DNA of 40,482 nucleotides from Perkinsus olseni (Eukaryota): NCBI GenBank assembly GCA_013115125.1, contig JABANN010000047.1, positions 62,001 to 102,482 of the forward strand, read 5' to 3'. Shown piece by piece: positions 34,197 to 40,482 of this stretch (position 1 is its first letter; each line of letters starts with the position of its first letter). The notes under the pieces were generated by a model. It saw only the letters and a program-made list of their open reading frames with translations, ran no database searches and was not told where the DNA came from. The position numbers and the translations under genes were made by a program.

Positions 34197-36876
34197 TTGT
34201 GCGGCCGGAACTCCTATGCAACTTCCAAGGAGAGCTTCCTCGTGCAAGCGAGTTCACAAGGATAGCCAGGAGCACTCCTTGCCGCCGCACGGTTCTCCTG
34301 TTTGCCGAGTGCCTGCCTGAGGAATGTGTTGGATCTTTCCATGAGCGCCCTGAGGCGGTATGCAGATCCTGATTGGGTCAAACTGAATCGCGATGTAAAT
34401 GCCTTCAAGGATTTGTCGCGTACGTCTTCCCTGGTGCTATACGATGAGAGTTTAAGTCAGCGTTTACAGTGACGCTCTCACCATCGTGAAGCTCAGAACC
34501 GACGAGCGAGGGCCACCCGATGGTCTCGAAGCGTCGCGGGCGCCTACAGTTATTGACATGCTCCTTCATACATCGTGTACTACACGACGTGTAGTGCAGC
34601 ATATTGAGCCAATCACGTCATTCGGCCTAAAGTCACCGGCGTGTATGCCAATACACAATCGGTGTCGCCGACGCCGACAGAGATTAGCAATTACGGCGGA
34701 CACCGTGTCGGCCGTAATTGCTAATCGCTGCTGCGACCAGTTAGTTGCAGCTGCTGCTGCTTCTTTTGTTTACGAGTCCAATGCGCCCTTTTTTTCCTCA
34801 TCCGCGGTGTTTGGGAATAGCCGGAGAATACTTCCAGGTTACCTCCAGGATTGGTTGTACTTGCCGTAGCTTGGCTCCTACGCGCTTCCGCGTTCTCATA
34901 TCACCCGGAGCGTCCTCAAGTTCTAAGCTAGTAAGTCGCAGCTCGAAAGCATTATCTCTCAGCTGTAGATCTACTCCTCGCGGTGTACTCAAAGCCACAG
35001 GGTGTACGAAACAATACTTTTGCCACATTGATTCACTCATGCGGGAGATGCCTCAAGAATAATGGGTCAGCCCGACAGGTTCTCCGCCACCTTAATCAGC
35101 ATCATCATAACCGCTACCATGCCACCAGCTATGGCCAGGCCGTGCACTACGAAATGCGACACAGTCGTGACCTCAGAAGTTATGTAACTGCAACAGACGC
35201 ATTCGAACGGAATGGCCAAGACTGCTGGTCTAGAAGTGCTGGGCGGCCGCGTGAGGCTTGTTTTCTGTGTTCTGAGTCACAGTGTGCCCGACTCAATAAC
35301 TCAACCAATTAGATGGACCACCAAATTGAGGGGGCTCGGTTGAGGCAGCTGACGCTGCCAGACTCGGAGAGCAAGATAGCTGAGAATATCCCAATAACAC
35401 CCTCCTGCAGGATTCATGCAGATTCAGTAGCGGGACGACCGTCCTTCTGTTCAACGCTTCACCACGTCAATCACCACGTCAATCACCCCGTTTTGCCTAC
35501 CTAACGCGGATTGCATCGATGTCGAACTTAAACGTCGTGGACAACTCGTGCGAACTCAGACTGCTCTCCACAAGATGGCCCCTGTACTGATACCTGGAGA
35601 CGCAGGATGACAGTGAATGTCCTGGGCGATTATCTGTGCGCCAACTGATGATCGGGCACGGACAGTATTGCTAACAACATGTTCCTACTATGTGACTTAC
35701 CCATGAAGTGGAGATCCCCCCGTGAGATCAGACGCGGGGTTGACTCTCAGGTAGTACCTAGATCGAGCCGGAACACCACAGCTAATCGGCGGGGAGACGT
35801 CGAAGACGGTCATTACTGATATGCTAAGGCATCACCAGTGACCTCCCCAGCGAGCATCTCTCTGCCAGCGCCGATAGTGGCATTGGTTGCCGGGTCGACA
35901 AAGTGTAGACGATGGATGATGTGCCTGATGGGGATTACTGGAGCAGCGGTCCGCTGCCAGCAGATTTAATGAGGGGCTAGCGCTGTTGTTAAACGACTCG
36001 ACCGAGAGCTGCAACACGGCGGGAGAGGGTTGTGCCAGATGCCAGCCGCGTAGCAACAACCTCACAGTGCAATGGAGAGGCCACGAGCATCACACCACCG
36101 AGGGAGAATATCTTCTCAGCCTACCTCATGTTGATTCCACCGCTGAGTTCACCACTAACACCAGCGTATCCTCCTGAGAGCGCAAAATTCACCGCACGTT
36201 CCGAACTGTCGCGCTCAGGACGAAGAACGCGGCGAGGATGGCGGCTCCTCGTGACTTTAGTGAGGTATCGTTGACAACGATATTGAACCCTACGCTGACG
36301 CATAACCTGCTCCCAAGCTTCTCTCGAGACTCCGTGGGTGGATATGTGGAAGTTGCCTGGGACCTTGGCGGTGTCGAAGTAACCCCAGAACTAACAGCCA
36401 AGATTCTCACCATCGAATCAAAATCTCGAGACCGAGCAAGGACTGCGCTCCGCTTCCCACGGATCTTACTTTACACATTTCCCCTTTCTGTTCCTCCAGA
36501 GATTCAACCTCTACTTCATCTCTCGCCAGTACAGGAGTGAAGCGGTTCCAGTAGGGCGCTGAAATACGCCAGCTCTCAAGGAAATCTGCCAAGTCCCAGC
36601 GAAGGCACACACGGCGACGCGGCACTCCAAGGCAAGCGGCCAAACCTAAGCTTCTCGACCGATTAGATGATGGTGCACAATTTCATCAGAATTAGTGAAC
36701 TTTGAGTGTGCCATCTGTGGTGGTCTCAGCTTGAAAGGATGTAACTTCGATTTAGGTACTTAGATTTACGGGCATTTTCACTGGGCAGACTTCGGCTTGA
36801 TTTGAACTTGACTATTTTTCCGAAAACAAGGTTGCCTTTTTTAATTTGATTCTGAAAATTGTGAGAAAAATGTAGA

Positions 36877-39448
36877 CTACACAGTCACCGCGTAATGCAT
36901 GGGGAATGCGCCCGGGCGCAGCGCCGCGTACCGGCTAAGACGTAGCCCACGGAGCCTACTGATTCGGCCTATTTCTCTGAGCCTTCTTCTAGGAGCTCCT
37001 TCACTCTCCTCTGCGACGTCCGGCCCTCTAGTAGGAGCTTCCGCTTTTTTCCCGCCCTCCGCGTCGCGAGAGTCCACCTCCGGTATCGCCTCGCTGTGCT
37101 TCACTCCCCCATGAACCAAGGATGCTTCCCTTGGAAGACCCGGGTCAGCCTCCTGCTTGTTGCGTGCCGTGACCACGCCAGCAGGTAGACTGTGAGATGC
37201 CGCAGGGGCTCGTGGACGTAAGTCGTCGTGTAAAATATCGAAATATTCCCCCTTCTCAGATCCACTACCACGGGATAGAAGCTCTGTTCGACCTGCGGAG
37301 GAACACACATCTAGTAGGTCATTTAGCGCGAGTCGCGTTGAGCGACCCGCCAGAAACTGGTATAAGAAATGAATATGATCCGTTTTCCATCCGCACAAGC
37401 CTTTGAGGATCCAAGAGGAGAATGAGTGAGTCATTCTACACCCACTTTCTTTCTCACCGTTGTGCGATGTTGATGCTCCCCGCCATCCGCCCGTCTTGGC
37501 CTTGGCGCCTAATCCAGGCACGCTCCCACCACCCTAGAATAGGAGATAGCTCACACGAGCAGCCGACAGCGAGCTGCCGCCCAGGCTACCCATATCATGT
37601 CATCCAGCGCTTGTCCCTGCTTGCGAACTTTCTCAAACTCGCTTGTAGACCAGAGAGCGCTCCCAGAATGGATTATGCCTGACCACAGCCGGAAACCTCG
37701 GGCACGGCTCACCTCTGGAGGAGGCGTGCAAGGACACTGCACAGGTGCCTTACCCGTGTTCAGCTGTCCAGCCGCTGCCTCGTCTCTACATTGTTTCACG
37801 TCCTCAATCCTCGGCAGCGCCCATCTGAGCGAGATTCCTCCCGGTCGTGTCGCGCAGAGGTGGACTACTTCTTCAATCTATAGGCGTACATGACGTCGGT
37901 GCAGCGATCGCAGCAGTTGTCTGCCTCCATCGCGCCATAGCAGTTGCCTGGTACAGAGCTTTGAAGAACTCCGCGATCAAAGACCGAGTTAATCACCGCA
38001 AGAGTCTTCGGTGTCGTTAGTAGCCCTGAGCCTGATCTGTGGTCCCCCGTTTGCTCGGTTCTCTGAGTGGACTGAGAGGACACGTAACTAATGGTTGGTA
38101 CGGTCAGGCTCGGTAATCATGAGCGGTAGAGCGGACAGCGGCTCTGCGAAATCTGCGCCTCGATTCTCAGGAATCGCCTCCGTCCGCCGACCCCGTGAAC
38201 TCTCATGGACGGAGGCTCACCAATCGTTCGGGGAGCGTTGTTCTCTACGCTGATCTCTCTCCCGTCGGATCTTCTGATTCGTGTCTTGAATATCGTGGAT
38301 CGAACGTCCACAACCTTCGACCCCATCGCATCCTATAAACGGGGAGCCTTCGTCACAGCTAGGGCTGTGCGCTATTTAGTGTTTATTCCATAATGTAGTC
38401 GAAGGCAGCAGTCAATGGGATACTGTAGGTGCCAGTTGCATATGCAAAATTTACATTGCAAATGATATTTTTCGGCAAATTTTTCTTCCTCCCTGTTATG
38501 AAAGGGAAGGCAATCAAGATAGGAATCAGTGCAGCACGAGAATAAGCGACCAACAGATTGCTAGCCTCTCCTCTTCGGGTAATAGGCAGTAATCGTCGAT
38601 CAGCTCCACGCATATTTACAAACTATCCTAATTCGAGCATTTCGTCAATGATCTATTCACAGCACCAGGATCAAGTCATGATCTCGTGGAATCATGATCT
38701 ACCACCAACGCCATCATGACTCAAACATCACCTACCTGATAATCCAGGCTGAGAGCAGCGCAGGGCATATTCGTGAAAGTGATGTTCAACATGACTCGCA
38801 GCTTCGGCTTAGAGTCACTCGTCAAGGTCTCTGACGTGTCCACGCTAAACTGCTGCTCGGTCGGCTGATCAAGGATCCGTAACGCCTTAACCTGGGCAGT
38901 CTAGGACGGCGTGATCTTCGAAAGTAGGTCTCGAAATATGCTCTCTGTATCGTACTTCCGCGCGCCGGAAGCACCGCTAGCGCAGTCCGATACACTCTCG
39001 GTCGTAGAATGGCGAGTTAGTAACTCACTCAGCGTTACTTTCTGTAGCCACATTGAAGGCCTCCATTCAGAAGTCTACTCGCAGACTGTGTGCGGATTGC
39101 ATATCAGAAGCATAATATACCAGGGGAGAATAAGCCGTAAAACAGAACAAGGAGGTCGAGACTGTTCTGGAAAGGGCCTCACACCTCCATTTCGGCTCAC
39201 CGAGGCCAGCAGGAATTCCACAATATTAGCAAACTGTAGCAAGAGGATGAGGATGATGAATACGACTTGAATCGTCTGAGGACGTATCAGAGTATTCGAC
39301 TGTGTCAGCTGGCTTCGGCTACCTGAACCACTCGGCTGTTGACTGCGGGACCGAACCTGCTCCGCACTTCTGGTGGTAATTTCCGAAACAAATCGAGCTC
39401 CCTGTAGCGTCTACGGAGCTCCCAGCTTCGCAATTGGAGACGCAGCAT
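36877..39448 (-). CDS. ERGIC3: ER-Golgi intermediate compartment protein 3 / Erv46-like, multi-exon; C-terminal half atypical
   Basis: Exons encode YRELDLFRKLPPE, TM VVFIILILLLQF, LRVMLNITFTNMPCAALSLDYQ|DAMGSKVVDVRSTIFKTRI, GNCYGAMEADNCCDRCTDVMYAYRLKK|WALPRIEDVKQC and SGCR. These are diagnostic Erv46/ERGIC3 motifs. The 3' boundary is uncertain. Confidence 0.8.
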
Positions 39449-40164
39449 GTGAAAGAACGAGAAGAAGATCCAGCCTAAGATCCTCAGGAGGCCGAAGACT
39501 CGCGGGCGACTAGGAGTCCGAGTCTGGGATACAACAAAAAGACATACGCATTGACATACAGTAGACGTCGTGTTAAGATAAGCTCCTGTGCGTCTGCGTG
39601 CACACAAGCTGAATAACCGATGTCCTTGGTTGGTGGAATTTCCTACCCACGAAACTTCCCTGATGCTGAGGTTGAGAATGTGAACAGAGCACGGCTCGAC
39701 ACCTATCTTTGAAATTAGCATCATCGTGCTAGTCAAGGTAGAAGGTGTCTTGCTACTGTCAATCAACGGTCTCCTGCCCACGAGACCGTAACTCATATGA
39801 TCATCGTATCACGATATGATCGGCCAGGCTGTTAAGTTGTACATTCAATTCATGTCCGAGATACAGTCCAGTTTCCGCGAATCAACAACAGTCAACTTGG
39901 ACCGTAAAAAAACAACAGTCAACGTGCAAGTGAACACAACAGCTGTCTCCAGCAAAAGCTGTAGCACTGGCTGCTACGGGGATGAGGTAAGTGACTTACC
40001 GTAAGTCGCTTCAAGCGATCCGTTCTGAGCGGCTTGTGATATTGAAAATAATGAGAGGCTGCCAAAGTTTGACGGTCAAACGTAATTCCAAGCCGTGGAG
40101 AATGCACACAATGTGCGTATGCACTGACGACGTTACGAGCCGTAACTCACTGAGAAAATAGTCT

Positions 40165-40482
40165 ATCTCAACCTGGTTCTGCCCAACTGGTTGAATTTCC
40201 TCCTCGCAGTTGACATACTGTCCTTTCCCAACGATTTCCGATGTTTAAGCCAACTTCACTTTTGATACCGCTTGTTGGTTTTCGGCCGTTGGATTTTGCC
40301 CAGAGGGTCATCTTTTTTCAACCAGAGCTTCATCAACCGGTTGATTTTTTTTCTTGCAGTTGGTTTTATGTTCGGACTGTGTTTTCCCAACACTTTTTAG
40401 TGGTGAAGCCAACCTTCTTCCTCAACTGGATGTTGATTTTTGGCCCATTGGAATTTGATGTGTCTTCCGTGATAATGGTTGA
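40165..40482. repeat. Degenerate CAAC/GTTG-rich repeat running off the window end
   Basis: Recurring caac(c/t)ggttga-like and cagttg words in T-rich non-coding DNA. Unit not resolved. Confidence 0.35.

Noticed and set aside
34798-36540. Short protein-like ORFs (34798-35040 minus, 36238-36540 plus)
   Set aside because: No family motif or gene structure I can support; may be decayed fragments.

Overview
Eukaryotic protist DNA with many short GT-AG introns and secreted hydrolase families. The style strongly suggests a perkinsid alveolate (Perkinsus-like); this is an inference, not a search result. Contents in order: an intronless subtilisin (820-2100); a minus-strand run of COX10, a RAP-domain helical protein and an S10 serine-carboxypeptidase-like gene; a divergent CCCH-zinc-finger/WD40 gene; then an accessory-looking half. 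That half holds secreted and mucin-like membrane proteins, a probably acylated LURP/Tubby-C-like protein, a GH18-like gene plus a truncated paralog fused to a tyrosine-recombinase relic, an aspartic-protease-like relic, a MITE-like element and an ERGIC3/Erv46 gene. The most unusual signals are: (1) a ~16-bp motif, consensus GTATCTWAGGTYGACC, recurring in both orientations inside predicted introns of the 4.9-14.8 kb gene cluster and tandemly amplified in a COX10 intron; (2) abundant perfect hairpins in non-coding and dead DNA, one of which can be reconstructed as a templated inverted duplication inserted into the recombinase relic; (3) intron-like segments in the spacers between co-oriented genes. 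Exon structures were read by eye and are approximate.
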